64,000 nt of DNA from Neodothiora populina (taxonomy: Eukaryota). Position numbers and translations under genes: made by a program. The stretch lies in assembly GCF_041146345.1 (NCBI RefSeq), contig NW_027191408.1:558001-622000 (forward strand), written 5' to 3'. The notes below the pieces were generated by a model. That model saw nothing but the letters and a program-made list of their open reading frames with translations. It was not told the origin of the DNA and ran no database searches. Position 1 is the first letter of the stretch; each line of letters starts with the position of its first letter. Shown in pieces: positions 36,430 to 50,600 of this stretch.

Positions 36430-37360
36430 ATTCTTGTCGATGGGAAGAGCGGAAGAGCAGAAAACGAAAATGGACTATCGATCAATGGTCTGAAAGGAAA
36501 ATGTATCGGGAATGATATGGAAATGGTAGTGCAGCGGTGTTATCGTATATCTATACCTACCTTCTATCCCGCCTCATTTTTATTGAGCTCACTAGTAATT
36601 ACTGGTACCGTACCTTGACTTGTTTGCATTCGTTGAGGGAACGGGCAGGGATGCCTGTGAGTCGCGACGGGAGCTGCAGGCACGCACACATCGTGACAGC
36701 TGGATGACCTCATCCCTGCAATGTCAACGTCTGTGGAGGTAGCTTGCTTTATGCAGCGTTTGTCTCTCCTTTGTGTAGGGGTCCGCAGAGGATGAGAGCC
36801 TTTACAACGTGAGTGTGCTATCAGTTCAATCCGCTTTTGAATTTGAGCAGTCGGATCGCAAGGTATCGGATGCTGGGAAGAGCATATCTACAGTCAAAAG
36901 GACAGTAACTGAGGTAGATAAGAAAGGACAGCCACGGTAAGGTAAGGTATAAATCTAGGGAGATCTTCGCGTGACACAGTACTATATGTAGCTTCGCACA
37001 GTACCTTACCTCAAGTATAAGGTTCCTTATCGCAACATGTGAGGTCCAGGTGTTGAGGCTCTGCGGTATATGTGGGGTACGGTAGTTCTACATGTACAAG
37101 TATAATCAATACTGTGGAGGTGCGGAGACACTCCATGGGCTTCGAGTTACCTTAGGTACCTCTTTTATTCAACATATCTGTTGGAGTTTTAGTGGAAGGT
37201 TTGTACAACCTCTGCATGTACTTCTAGATGGGTCACGGAAAGCCTTACTATAGCCACATATGCTTCTGCACCGTATGTGATCAGAGAACTACCAAGTGTC
37301 ATAGTTCATATCGTAAGTCCGGTTCGAGCAATATTTATGGTTGTAATTCGAGTCCTCGTT

Positions 37361-38671
37361 CTACGATCCACACCTATAACCACTGGTGCCAATGCAAAGG
37401 TCGCCAAGCAGATTAGGACAAGTCCATGTCTCCTGACGCCCGACCTTGACGACCTCAGGACGCTCATTAAGGTTCAAGATCCTTTCCCTTAGGTCTGTCA
37501 ACTTAGCGACGAATTCGTGGTTTGGTGTTTCGACCTCGGTATCACTCCTTAAGACCTCTATCACCTCGATTTTCTCCTTGCCATCCTCTGTCTTGACCTC
37601 CTTGATCCTGTCCGGGCCGGTCCACCTTGATTTGGCAGAGGCTAGAAATTCTAGTCCTTCAAGGCCTTGACAGAAGACTGCAGACTCCCACAACTCCTGT
37701 TTCCAATCCAGTTCCGTGATCTGTCCAACCGCACCACCCCAGTACTCATCATTGTTTTCTCTTCTGAAGAATGACCAGCCTCTGTGATTGAGACTTTCGA
37801 GTCCCGCTTTGCCCAGAGCCGCAACCCACTGGCGATTGAAACGGCGACTTGTAACCAGCCACTCCAAGGATAGCTGATGAGTATGGCGAAGCTGCACGTC
37901 CGAAGCATAGGGACCATGGTCAGTTTGCACAGCGCGCCTTGGGTCGATGGAGCCATCGTCAAGTCTGACATCCCGTGCAGAACCTTGACAAGCGCTACAG
38001 GCCCAGTCCGGCAAACAATACTTGATGTATTCTAAACGTGTTTCCTCTCCCAGCATAGCCCGCTTCCACTTACCAGTCACACTGTCTCGACCGTCGAGAA
38101 TGGCGTCGAAGTCACCGACGAACAGTTCACCGTATATCGCCAAGTGGAAAACCGCCTCATCCGGATCCGAGTGGATGGTATATGCGTTGCTTACTCCACC
38201 GTCCCAAAAGTTGGGGGTTGAATACCACTGTGTCCCGATACACTTGTCTATAAGGTCCGTGACGGGATTCAGAGTGGAGAACCTGAGAGCATGTAAATGT
38301 CGGATCCTTTGCATCGTGAGATCGCAGCCAGTGGTGGTATCGAGACAAAGGTTCAGTAATGCATCGATACCACCGGAAAGTATACTTTTGAGTCGTGATG
38401 CATTTGACGTCGAGGATCTCGCCCAGTCGCCCAGAGTGCGAGCGACAGCGGCGACCAGAAAGTGAGGGGATGGGCGAAAGAAGACTCGAGATGAAGCTAC
38501 AGCGAGCTGGAACAGGCTTGTTGCACGAACTGCATCCTGGAGTGCGTGCAGAGTTCGGCAGGTAGACGTAAACGAGTTGAAGTCCTCGATGTCATGGAGA
38601 GACTCGCAGACTTTGATGGTCAACTCCACAGGCAAAGATAAAAGGCTACGTGACGTCCTATCTGAGACCAT
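37361..38671 (-). CDS. F-box-like domain protein of unknown function
   Basis: Intronless, 436 aa, N-terminal LLSLPVELTIKVCESL…FTSTCRTLH F-box-like pattern. Confidence 0.75.
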   Translation of the reverse strand: MVSDRTSRSLLSLPVELTIKVCESLHDIEDFNSFTSTCRTLHALQDAVRATSLFQLAVASSRVFFRPSPHFLVAAVARTLGDWARSSTSNASRLKSILSGGIDALLNLCLDTTTGCDLTMQRIRHLHALRFSTLNPVTDLIDKCIGTQWYSTPNFWDGGVSNAYTIHSDPDEAVFHLAIYGELFVGDFDAILDGRDSVTGKWKRAMLGEETRLEYIKYCLPDWACSACQGSARDVRLDDGSIDPRRAVQTDHGPYASDVQLRHTHQLSLEWLVTSRRFNRQWVAALGKAGLESLNHRGWSFFRRENNDEYWGGAVGQITELDWKQELWESAVFCQGLEGLEFLASAKSRWTGPDRIKEVKTEDGKEKIEVIEVLRSDTEVETPNHEFVAKLTDLRERILNLNERPEVVKVGRQETWTCPNLLGDLCIGTSGYRCGS

Positions 38672-39385
38672 TGTGAAGACGCAGCACGCAGTTGGCCACG
38701 GCGGAGAGGGGTCGGCTTCAATCTATGCTAACTGCGGCGATGATGAAAGTGAATGCACAATGTGGTGTTCTATAGACAACCCCGCATGAAAAGGTGATGT
38801 GAGAGCGTAACTCATCCAGATCCGTCCATAAAATACGTCCTGCTTATAAGTAGACGAAACTACATACCGAGGACGAGTCAGAGTGGAGCTAAGGCAACTG
38901 CACTGGTAGCGATGATGACCCCGCAACCAGCGCTGTCTCGATGCGGTACCTAAGGTAACTTACCTCATGTTTGACACCGCTCCACCAGACACGAACCAAT
39001 CCACCGCGATAACACTGTAAGTTAGCCAACGTGTGTCTTGGCTGTAATGCGGTGAGTCGTCCAGAATACCTTATTGATCCTAACCATTGGAAGTTAAGGT
39101 GAGGTGGCGATGGCAGACTGCGTCAGCGGTGCCAAGATATCGTCGATTTCCCGATTGTGGTTCGATTAGGATTAGATCCGCAGAACCCATCCACTTCCGA
39201 GATTAGATAAGGATAAGATGAAACATCTGAACTTTCCCATAGTAATTTGTATACGGAACCACAATCACCACCGCATCAAATTCTCTGAAACAGCATCTTC
39301 CCGACCGACAGGATCTGCTCGCACGACTCAAGCTATGATGCATTGATTGAATAATATACCGCGGAAAGACGGCGAGAAGAGAAAG

Positions 39386-42300
39386 ATGCTACGACACACT
39401 CGCGTCCTCCGCGCGGCAGCAACTGTGAATCCGTGGGCGCAGACCTTGAGTCTTCCCAAATCCACCTTTCCAGCTCGACCCACAGCAGCAGAACTGCTGA
39501 AGTATCGAGCCGAGTCCGCAGATGCTTTCTATGCCTGGCAGAAGGAGAACCGCCCAGCTAAGACAGAGGAAGGCAGAGACAACACCTTTGTTCTCCATGA
39601 TGGACCGCCATACGCCAATGGATCGGTGCATGTCGGCCACGCTCTGAACAAGATCATGAAGGACATGATAGTAAGAAGCAACTGCGCGCGAGGTAAAAGA
39701 GTAGAATACAAGCCTGGATGGGACTGCCATGGATTGCCCATAGAACTGAAGGCACTGCAGCTGCATCGGGGTGAGGAGTCACCGGCATCTGGCACCGCTG
39801 CCCCAGATACGACTACTCTTGGACCCCTTGGCATTAGAAAGGCTGCGAGACAGCTGGCGAGTAAAACAATTGAGGAGCAGAAAAATGCTTTTAGAAGCTG
39901 GGGAGTTATGGGAGATTGGGACGCCCCGTATAAGACCATGGACCCCGACTTCGAAATAAGGCAATTGCGTGTCTTTAGTGATATGGTCGAGAAAGGTATT
40001 GCGACTGCTGTATTGTGAACAACCAACAGTCGAAGCTGACAAGGATGCGGCAGGATTGATCTATCGTCAGAATAAGCCGGTTCACTGGTCGCCGTCTTCG
40101 GGAACCGCCCTAGCGGAAGCTGAGTTGGAATACGATGAAAATCACAAAGTCGTCGCTGCTTTCATCAAGTTTCCCTTAGTAAAATTACCTGATGTTCTCT
40201 CGAAGCGCGATGGTGTACACGCGGCGAGCGTCAGTGCTTTGATTTGGACAACTACACCATGGACCCTGCCAGCGAACAAGGCTATTGCCATCCGATCTGA
40301 TATGGAATACGCGCTTGTTGAATTCCGCACCGACCCCGCCTCCAAAGACATCCAGGGCCAATTGCTGATCTCCAAAGACCGAATAGAAAGCCTGCTGGCT
40401 CATCTACCAGAGGGTACGACTTACGAGATCATCGTTGACTCGATATCGGGGGCCACACTTGAGGGTACAGAATACACCAACTTGATATCAGGGGAAAAGT
40501 GCAAGATCATTCATGCAGACTTTGTCACCTCGTCTTCCGGTACAGGACTAGTACACATCGCCCCTGGTCACGGCATGGACGATTACAACGTATGCATGAA
40601 GCTCGGCATTGGCCCAGCTTTTGCACCCGTGGACGACAAGGGATTGTTCACGGACCAGGCCTTCCCAGCCGACCCAGCTTACTTACAAGGCAAAGAAGCA
40701 GAATACGGAGGCGCCAAGGCTGTCATTAGTCTGTTGAGGAACCCTTCATCGAAATCATTGCTTGCGTCTGACACCTCGCTTGTTTTCGCAACCCACAACT
40801 TTAAACACAAAAACCCGATCGACTGGCGCACGAAGAAGCCTGTCATCGTGCGAGCGACTGATCAGTGGTTCGCGGACGTGGGCAAGGTACAAGAGCTAGC
40901 TTTGAGCAGCTTAGAGACAGTCAAATTCATTCCTGAAAGCGGCAAGGCCCGTCTTCAGTCTTTCTTGAAGGGCCGCTCGCAGTGGTGCATCTCCAGGCAG
41001 AGGTCGTGGGGCGTGCCAATCCCTGCCCTGTTCAACAAACAGACAGGCGACTATGTCATGACAGCCGCCAGCATTGATCAAATCATTAGCGTCATACAGA
41101 CTCGAGGCATTGACGCATGGTGGTCCGATGCTGAAGATGATGCTGCGTGGATTCTCCCGGGCCTTGAGGGTGAATACATTCGTGGGAAAGACACGATGGA
41201 TGTGTGGTTCGACAGTGGTACCGCCTGGGCTACATTGTCACCCCGTGAAGATGGCACCGTTGCAGATGTTGTTCTGGAAGGGACAGATCAACATCGAGGC
41301 TGGTTCCAGTCGTCACTTCTCACCTACGTCTCTGAGCAAGATAGCAAATCTGCTGGCATCGCTCCGTTCAACACTCTCATCACCCACGGTTTTACTCTGG
41401 ACAGCGCTGGTCGTAAGATGAGCAAGTCTCTCGGAAATGTCATCTCTCCACAAGAAATCCTGAGTGGCTCTCTACTACCACCTTTGAAAGTCAAGAATAC
41501 CGGGAAAGGCCGTAGCGCGGCGATCCGTCCTTACAAAAAGCAAAACGACGTCATGGGGCCCGACGTCCTACGTCTATGGGTTGCGAGCAGCGACTACACC
41601 AAAGATGTTGTAATTGGCCAGCCGGTTCTACACGCAGTTCACCAAGCCCTGCAAAAGTACCGTGTTACCATGAAGTGGTTTCTGGGAGTCTTAGACGACT
41701 ATCCGGCTGCCGGCCCGGCGGAAGAATTGCTTGATGATCTTTACTGTGCCGACCAAATCATTCTATATCAGCTTTCCAAGGCTTCCATTCAGGTTTTCGA
41801 GGCATACCAGAACAACGAGTTTTACAAGGGAATAGCGGCCCTCAACCGCTTCATCAACGCAGATCTCTCGGCATTCTATTTCGAGGTTATCAAGGACAGA
41901 CTTTATGCCGATGATGAAGACATCAGACGGCACACGCAGACGGTTCTCTTCCTCATCCTGGACGAGCTGTGTCATATGCTCGCGCCAGTCACGCCACTGC
42001 TTATTGAAGAAGTCTGGGCACATATGCCGGAGCACTTCAAGACTCACGAAGAACGCCCACATCCTCTACAGCGCGTTTGGGACGAGCCATTCAGCGCTGC
42101 TTTCGACCAATTCGGAACTCCTGACGCAATGGAAGGCATGCGAACGATTGTAGATCGAGTGCGCAGTGCCGTGACCGCCGCTCAGGAAGATGCTCGTCGT
42201 GCCGGCCGTCTTGGCTCGGGCCTTGCTTGTCGCGTCGAGCTCCGCTTGCCGCGCGAGACAGCAACTCAGCCACTCGCTCTCCTGATGGACCTACGCGAGA

Positions 42301-42662
42301 AAGACGAATTGTCTGAGCTGTTGGTTGTGAGCGACGCCGAAGTCATGCCCCTCGACGACGACTACAGGAAGAAGCTCATCGAGCAAGAGGAGAACGAGGC
42401 AATCAAGCAGATCATTCGCGAGCGCGAGAATCCAGCTTGGAAGTTCGAAGTCGAGTTCGAGTGTGGCGATGCTGAAACACCAGCCACAGGAAATGCAGTA
42501 GTCTTGCCACCGTTCGGTGAGAAGTGCGTCAGATGCTGGCAGTATATTGCAGAGGAGCCGGATACGCTTTGCGGACGCTGCGCCGACGTCGTCGGCGAGG
42601 ACTCGATTCAGGAGATGCAAGCACGATCGGAGGCGCTGAACGACTTGGCCAAGTTCCAGTGA
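39386..42662 (+). CDS. ISM1: Isoleucyl-tRNA synthetase, mitochondrial type
   Basis: Presequence-like MLRHTRVLRAAA, LHDGPPYANG, HVGH, GWDCHGLPIE, WCISRQRSWG, KMSKS and C-terminal CxRC…CxRC. Exons 39386-39995 and 40054-42662. Confidence 0.93.
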
Positions 42663-43619
42663 GTTGTTAGTGGTCGCGGCCTCGAGAGATTGTTGTATAT
42701 TATCAAGACCTGCATGAAGTGTAAGATTTGTACGATAGGTGAGGATTCAGCTTGGGTTTGGCACTGTTACAACAAAAGAAGAGATATATTTTTGTGAATA
42801 CTACCAGCTGTAAATTGGAATCAACGCAGGAACTGGTCAACCTCTGAATCTCTCGACACCATCTCTAGTCATATCCACGTGATGTACTTTGCAGAGGAGA
42901 CGTCTTCAACTGTGCCCTGTACATGGCATTGACATTTTCGTATCACGTTATGCATCTTTATCAAGAGTGGAGCCGTACAGTAACGATGCGTATAATGACC
43001 GTCAGTGCAGCCAGATAACAATCCAGAAACATGTCCTACAGTAAAATAGCCAAGTAGTAATTAATGCAAACTCTAAAAAGCGAGGACTAACATCGAGCGC
43101 AACAACTTTATTTTTATAACGTACAATCCAGTACGTCACCTACTATAACACAACTTAATTTTTTTGTACATTGACCAACATCACGTTGTGTCTCGAGATT
43201 GTTCAATTACATTAGAAAAGTATTGCTCCCAAGGAGAACTATCGATAAACAAGAAAACTGTCAGTTGCTATATAGTGCTTGTTGATTGCTTTGTACGGTC
43301 AACCGATTGCTTCTGAAGGATAGAGTTGACTTTCAGGACTTTTCGTACACTTTTTGATTCTATTGTCTTCTGAACGAAATTTAGGCTTGTTCTTTTTCAA
43401 TTTTCTGCTCTCTGATTCATTTCGGTGTACGAAGGACAAACGAATGAAACGACGATCTGTGACATCCTCCCTGCAAAAAGTCGAGGGCGAACCAGTGGGG
43501 CCAGCAACAGTATCTTCTGCTGAACATCAGACCCTCGCTCTAAGTGCGCATATACACATGATCTGAGATTCGAAGACATAGAACGAAAAGAACAAACAAG
43601 AAAAAGGGAAAAGGAAAAC

Positions 43620-44557
43620 ATGGACCGGACAAACAGCAACCTCGAAGCCCTAGGCCAAAACAGCGACTCCACGACAACGAGACGAATAGGCAGAAATATC
43701 AAGAGCCATTTGATCCAAGACCTCAGCGAATCATGGGGAGACTCGGTATTGATCCTGAGCTGTTTCGTCACGGGACTTCTCGACTCTGCCGTGTTCAACG
43801 TGTGGTCTTGTTTCGTGAGCATGCAGACCGGTCAGTTGCCACCCCACTTCCTCGATACACAACAAGAGTCCAGCCCAGCAGGACAACCACAAGACCCCAA
43901 ACGCTCCTCTCCAGTCATCAAAACTACACATTCACTAAATCATCCTCAGGAAACACAATCTACGTCGGCCTCGGCGTATCCAGCCAACCCAAATCCTCAC
44001 CCTACCGCTGGGCGAAATCGCTAACCTCAATCATCTTCTTCGTCTTCGGCGCCTTCTTCTTCAGCCGCACAATGCGCGCCCTCGGGCCCATGAAGCGCTA
44101 TACCGTCGTGCTGTCATTCGTCTTCCAAGCCCTGCTGACATTCATCCCCGCCGCGCTCGTGCAGAGCGGCTTCGTGCCGCAGGACGCAGGCGATGCGATC
44201 CCAGACGACTGGATCGTGCTGCTGCCGCTGGCGCTGCTGGCGTGGCAATCCGCCGGCCAGATTGTCATGTCGCGGATTTTGGGCGTCGGCGAGATCACGA
44301 CTGTTGTGCTGACGAGCGCGTACTGTGATCTTTTCTTCGATGATAAAGTCCTCAGTGCGCCGCTCACGGAGAACGTCAAGAGAAATCGCCGCGTTGCGAG
44401 TGTGGTTTTGTTGCTGTTGGGCGCTGTGGCGGGGGGGTTTCTGACGCGCCGGGGGGATATTGCGCTGGCGTTGTGGGTCGCGGGTGCGATCAAGGTGCTG
44501 ATTGCTGCGGTTTGGATGGGGTGGAGGGGGAAGGCGGAGGGGATCAGGTTGGAATAG
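43620..44557 (+). CDS. DUF1275 (YoaK-like) multi-pass membrane protein
   Basis: CFVTGLLDS…FVSMQTGNT…QSAGQ…ITTVVLTS…RNRR signature. Exons 43620-43830 and 43950-44557. Confidence 0.88.
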
Positions 44558-44871
44558 ATGTGGTTTGTGGAACAGAACAGAAGAGGAGGAAAGATTGAGA
44601 ATGAGGCTTACTTTGTGTATATATATGGTGAAATATAAGTGGTCTTTTTTTGAAATCTGCTTTTGTGCGTATTCTACGCATCCACGAAGTGAAACAATGT
44701 CGCTTTACAGGCTGTTTTAGCTTTGATAATGATGATGGCTCGTGTTGACCGTCGAATGTGAGCATCGACAAGTCTAGAGATGATATATCTGAAGTGTTCG
44801 TTTGGTTCAGAGCTTGATCCCATATAAATAAGAGTCAACATTGAAATCATCCATCGTCAAGCAGAGTCCCC

Positions 44872-46819
44872 CTATTGCTCGCCAAAGACGTCGCGCACCA
44901 ACAACTTCTTGTTGATCTTCCCCATCGCATTTCGCGGGATGCTCTCGACGACCTTGAGCTCCTGAGGAATCTTGTAGTTCGCCAATTTATTCTTGAGCGC
45001 TCTACGCAGATCCATGGCTCCATACGGCTTCCCGTCCTTCTTGCCCGTCTTCCCTTCTTCACCGAGCACAATGACAGTAGCGACTTTCTGGCCCCAGGAC
45101 TCAGATGCCAGACCCACGACCGCGCACTCGCTGATTTCCGGCAGAGACAGCATCTCGCGCTCGACTTCCAGCGCGGAAATTTTCTCGCCGCCGAATTTGA
45201 TAATGTCGGCGGATTTGCGGCCCTGGATGAAATACATGGGGCCGCGAGCCCAGTCGCCCGAGTCGCCGTTCCCAGCGCCGTCGACGACGCGGCGCACGGC
45301 GATGTCGCCGGTCTTGAAGAAGCCGTCTGCGGTGAACTCTGATGCGGTGGCGGTGGGGTTGCGCCAGTACTCGCGGAAGATGGTGGGGCCTTTGAGCTGG
45401 ATTTCGCCTTGTCGTTCGCGGCCCCGAGAGTCGACTTCTTGGCCCGGTTCGATGATCTCGTTGGTGTCTGAGTCGACGAGACGGACGCTCACGGATGGCA
45501 GTGGCCAGCCTACGCTGCCGTCGACGCGGTCTTGGAATGATAGGCCGCAGGAGAGTGCCATGCCTACTTCTGTCATGCCGTAGCGCTCGAGTAGGATATT
45601 GCCGTCGCTAAGATCGGCCCAGGCTTGCTTGGTAGGCGTAGGCAAAGCGGCTGATCCGGAGATGTTGAGACGCATGGTAGATGGTTTGAGTGATTCCTTG
45701 GTCGCAGCTTGCATGTCTGGCGATAACGACTTGTGAGACTGCAGGAGGCGGTTGTAAATTGTGGGAACAACCGTCAAGAAGGTAACCGGCGGTCGGGTCG
45801 CCTTGGTATCAGCTAGAAAAGGGGCCGCGAGGCGATGCCACACCCGATCGACGGTAAATGGAAAGATGAACTCGATCGTACTACCTGCCAAAAGAGGAGT
45901 AATGATGGCGTTGACGATGCCATGGATGTGATGTAGTGGAAGTACATGAAGCAAATGGTCTTCAGGAGTGTACTCCCAGGCCTGGAGGAGGGATTTGGAC
46001 TGAGCCGTGAGGACATCTTGGGGCAGGAGAACGCCTTTCTACAAAGAAAATTAAGGCACATGGCTGAAAAGAGCACATGACATCTCACCTACCGGTCTGT
46101 TCGTGGTGCCACTTGTGTAGAGCATCATTCCACTTGTTGTGGCCTCTTTTCCAACATCCTCCAAGAAAACCTTCTCTGGCGATGCTCGGCCGTCGACGAG
46201 CTTCTTGACGGGAATGTTGACAAGGTCATGGGCCAAGCCTTCTTTCATGACCTCGTCAGCTTTGGCTGCAAACTTGGTCGAAGAAAGGAGCATCAAGGCC
46301 TCGGACTGCTCGAGGATGTATTTCAGCTCCCCAGCTGGGAAGTTGGGGGACAGAGGGACAGCGATAGCACTGCTTCCGAGTACAGACAGAAGAGTCACTA
46401 AAACAGGCAAGATTCAGCAGGAGGTTGTGGTATAGACTGAGGATACGTTCCTGCGCACCCACATAGTCGTATGAATTCTCTATCAAGAAAGCGACACGTT
46501 GGCCTTGTATGGCCGAGCCGACCGCGGTCGCCTGTCTGGCAAGCTCGTCTTTCCTCGCTGCGACATCTTGGAGTAAGGATGCATAAGTGAACGACCGGCC
46601 AGAAAGGGAATGGACGACAGCGGTAGATTGCGGGTCGTGACTGGAGATTGCTTCGAACAGCGGAGTGCTGGGTAGCGTTGCTATTGTGCGTCTACTGATA
46701 GCTCTCCTGGCTGCTATCGTACTTCTGATATAAAAGGGAAGAGCAGGCCGATAAAGATGAACATGTCCGGCCCGCGAAGCAAGAGCCGACGTGCACGACG
46801 CGGAGGTTCGTAGCAGCAT
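44872..46819 (-). CDS. AMP-forming acyl-CoA synthetase (ACSF3/malonyl-CoA synthetase-like), probably mitochondrial
   Basis: YTSGTTNRPKG, LPLHHIHG, ERYGMTE, FKTGD and PRNAMGK motifs, Arg/Ala/Ser-rich presequence. Exons 46819-46459, 46397-46093, 46038-44872. Confidence 0.9.
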
Positions 46820-47695
46820 TATAGTATTCGGTCAAGGCATCACATGCATGGTCCACACCACGGCCTTGTGCTACTCGAGCTATTCGTAGCTGTTATGCAG
46901 ATACAGCAGATTTGTCTTCATGCACGTGAGTATAATACGGTAAGGAGGACACCTACGGTAGTCTTAGGATGGAATCAGATGCCATGCCGCTGGTACGGGC
47001 TCGGCGCACGAGTCATGCGAGAATGGTTTCGTCGGACTTCGTTGTGACTTGACCTTGTGTCCTTGACATATGGATGGCTTGTATCGTGTTCGACTGCAGA
47101 CTAACTACTGTGGTCTGGCTAGAATCATAAACAGACGGAAATGACATGGAATCAGACAGTCGAAACGACCATGAAACACAACTGGCCGTGGCTAGCAACA
47201 TGCACGCTGAGTCATGTAGATTGTATAGTGCATGTAGCTGTACACTTTGTACACCGGCAAAAGCCGAAGGAATGACAGCATGCGCATGCGGACAACGAGA
47301 GACAGCGACAGACAGACGGAGAGTCAAGCTACTAGTTGCATCTCTCTAACACCATAGCTATCACTCTGTCACCACCATCATCCTGTCCCATTTCTCATCA
47401 CGCTGTTGTTTCTTCTGCAGCACAGTCACTTTGCACAGCTGCTTTTGTCTTGATTCTTCCTGTTTCCTTCCTTTTCTTGGCAACACAACAAGACAGGCAG
47501 GAGCAAGCACCACTCGCCTCTCTGCTGCTCACTCATCCTCTCATCCTCTCGTCCTCTCATCGTCTCATCGTCTCATCACCACCATCGCCACGACTACTTT
47601 GTAATAACACATCATCCACCCGCGCCCTCATCAGCGCTCTCATCAGCAGAGCTCATCGCATCACCCGGCGCCGAGTTTCGTAGAACGCTACAACC

Positions 47696-50600
47696 ATGGT
47701 CGGCGTGTCGTCAGCCGCTGGCCTCGTGGGCTTCTTGTCCGAGCCGGATCACGCCCTGCAGGTGTTCGCGCTGGAACGACTGAATGAAGACATTGACAAC
47801 ATCTGGACCGAGGTCTCTGCATCAATCGGTCAAATGTATCGTCTTACCCTATGATTCCCTTCCTGCTTCGAAGCAAAGCAACCACCGAGAAACAAATGCT
47901 GACCTCGAGACAACCACCCACAGTGAGGCCCTCTATGAAGATGAATCATTTCCCGCCCGCGAACTGGCTGCCCTTGTTGCCGCCAAGGTCTACTACCAGC
48001 TGCAGGAATACAATGAGAGCATGGTCTTCGCCCTCGGTGCTGGCAAGCTCTTCAATCTCGACAAGCAGGGCGAGTTCGAGGAGACGATAGTCGCCAAATG
48101 CATCGACACATACATCTCCCTCTCCGCCATGCACAATCCGCCCGCTCCTGCTTCCTCGGCCGGTCAAGCAGCCGTCGACCTCGGCTTCACGCCTTCGGCC
48201 GGCAAGGGCAACAGCGCCGCCAGCATGAACGCCACCACCACCACTCCCTTCTCCCAGTCGTCTCAGCCTTCAAAGTCGCTTCTGTCGAGAGAGAACACAT
48301 CGACCTTCGACGAGAAGCAGCCAGGAGGTGGAAATGCTGGCATTGCCGGTGCACACCCTTCGCCTCTCACGCTGTCGCGAGGAACGCAGAAGAGCCTGCA
48401 GGCCATCATCAAGCGCATATTCGAGTCCTGCTACCAGCTCCGAGCCTACAGGCATGTCGTCGGTATCGCGGTCGAGGCGAGGAACATGCAGGTGTTGGAG
48501 GAGGCCATCTTGCGCTCATCCAAGGACGAACAGTCCAAGGGCCAGAGCTCAATGGTCGACTCGAACACCACGGAAGAGGTTATGGAGTACGTGCTGAAGG
48601 TGTGCATGGATGTTGTCCAGGAACGAGGTCTCAGGAATGAGATCCTTCGCCTTGTCCTCCGCCTCCTCAAAGACATCCCCAACCCCGATTACTTCGCCAT
48701 CGCCAGGTGTGTCGTCTACCTAGATCAGCACAGCATGGCCTCGAACATGGTTCGGGATCTGGTGCAAAAGGGCGACGGCAAGTCTCTCGCCATTGCCTAC
48801 CAACTCTCCTTCGACCTGTACGACAACGGCACTCAGGAGTTTCTGAACAAAGTCATGGAGGAGCTGCCGGAAGCCGAGACCAAGTCGGAGCACGCAGAAG
48901 CAAACGGCGCAGCTGTGCAGCCGGCGGTCTCGTCAGCCAACGACGACGAGAACGCGGCCGAATCGGATCAATTGCTGTCGGAACTGAACGAGAACGCTAG
49001 CAAAGCAACGCTCGTGCAGAGGAGTAAGCAGAACCCAGAGTCCGAGGCGGAGAAGAAGGCCTTGTCCAACGTCCGCGACATCCTGCGAGGCACAAAGAGC
49101 ATCGGATTGAACCTCGAGTTCCTGTACCGAAGCAGCCACACGGACCGCAGCATTCTCAACAAGATCCGCGACAGTCTCGAAGCTCGCAACTCAATCTTCC
49201 ACACCGCAGTCACCTTCTCCAACGCCTTTATGCACTCGGGCACCACCATTGATGCTTTCTTCCGCGACAATCTCGAGTGGCTCGGCAAGGCCGTCAACTG
49301 GTCCAAGTTCACCGCCACTGCCGCTCTCGGTGTCATCCACCGCGGAAACCTCAGCCAGGGCCAGAAGCTCTTGGAGCCATACCTGCCCAAGGACAACCCC
49401 ATCCAAGGCTCGGGTTCTCCTTACAGCCAGGGTGGTTCTCTTTACGCTCTTGGTCTGATCTACACCAACCACGGCCACCACGTCATGGACTATCTCCGAA
49501 AACGTTTCACCGAGACCAACGAGGAAGTCGTGCAGCACGGCGGTGCCCTCGGTCTCGGTGTCGCTGGTATGGCCACCGGCTCCGAGGACGTCTACGAGGA
49601 ACTCAAGACGGTCCTGTACAGCGACTCGGCCATCAACGGAGAGGCTGTCGGTCTGTCCATGGGTCTCGTCATGCTGGGGACTGGCAATATCAAGGCTCTC
49701 GAGGACATGATCCAGTACGCACACGACACGCAGCACGAGAAGATCGTCCGCGGTCTTGCCATGGGCATGGCGCTCATCATGTACGGCCGTGAAGAAGGTG
49801 CAGACGAACTCATCAGCGGCCTCCTCGAAGACGGAGACCCAACTCTCCGTTACGGAGGTATCATGACCGTTGCCATGGCTTACTGCGGTAGTGGCAGCAA
49901 CAAGGCTGTGAGGAAGTTGCTTCATGTCGCTGTCTCGGATGTGAGTGACGACGTTCGCCGCGCTGCCGTCATGTCTCTCGGGTTCGTGCTCTTCCGCAAG
50001 CCTGGAAGCGTGCCCCGCATGGTCGAGCTGTTGTCCGAGTCCTACAATCCCCATGTGCGATACGGAGCCACCATGGCCTTGGGTATCGCTTGTGCAGGCA
50101 CTGGTCTCGACGAGGCTGTCGATCTGCTCGAGCCCATGATGAAGGACTCTGTAGACTTCGTCCGCCAGGGTGCCCTCATCTCTCTTGCCATGATCATGGT
50201 GCAGCAGAACGAAGCCATGAACCCCAAGGTCGCCACGATTCGCAAGTCTCTGCAGAAAATCGTCGCCGACAGACACGAAGATGCCATGTGCAAATTCGGC
50301 TGCGCCTTGGCTCTCGGTATCATCGACGCCGGTGGTCGCAACTGCACCATCGGCCTTCAGACGCCCACGGGCAACCTCAACATGGCCGCCATCGTCGGCA
50401 TGGCTGTCTTCACACAATACTGGTACTGGTTCCCATTCACCCACTTCCTTTCGCTAGCCTTCACACCGACAGCCATCATCGGTGTGGATCAAGACCTAGA
50501 CGTGCCGGCCTTCAACTTCCACTCAAACACTCGCCCGAGTCTGTTCGACTATCCGCCGGAACAAGAAGTCAAGACAGAGGAGGCTCCCGAGAAGGTCAAG

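Noticed and set aside
24573..42662. ILV1 and isoleucyl-tRNA synthetase in the same window as an isoleucine or self-resistance cluster
   Set aside because: They are ~13 kb apart with unrelated genes between, both look like ordinary housekeeping copies, and no PKS/NRPS or other biosynthetic core gene is present.
43040..43340. AT-rich patch as a RIP-mutated transposon relic
   Set aside because: Short, with no repeats, termini or coding remnants visible; compatible with ordinary promoter or terminator DNA.
49191..50444. 417-aa antisense ORF inside RPN2, and similar ones in ILV1, eIF4E and the acyl-CoA synthetase
   Set aside because: Expected by-product of strong C/G third-position bias; no recognisable motifs.
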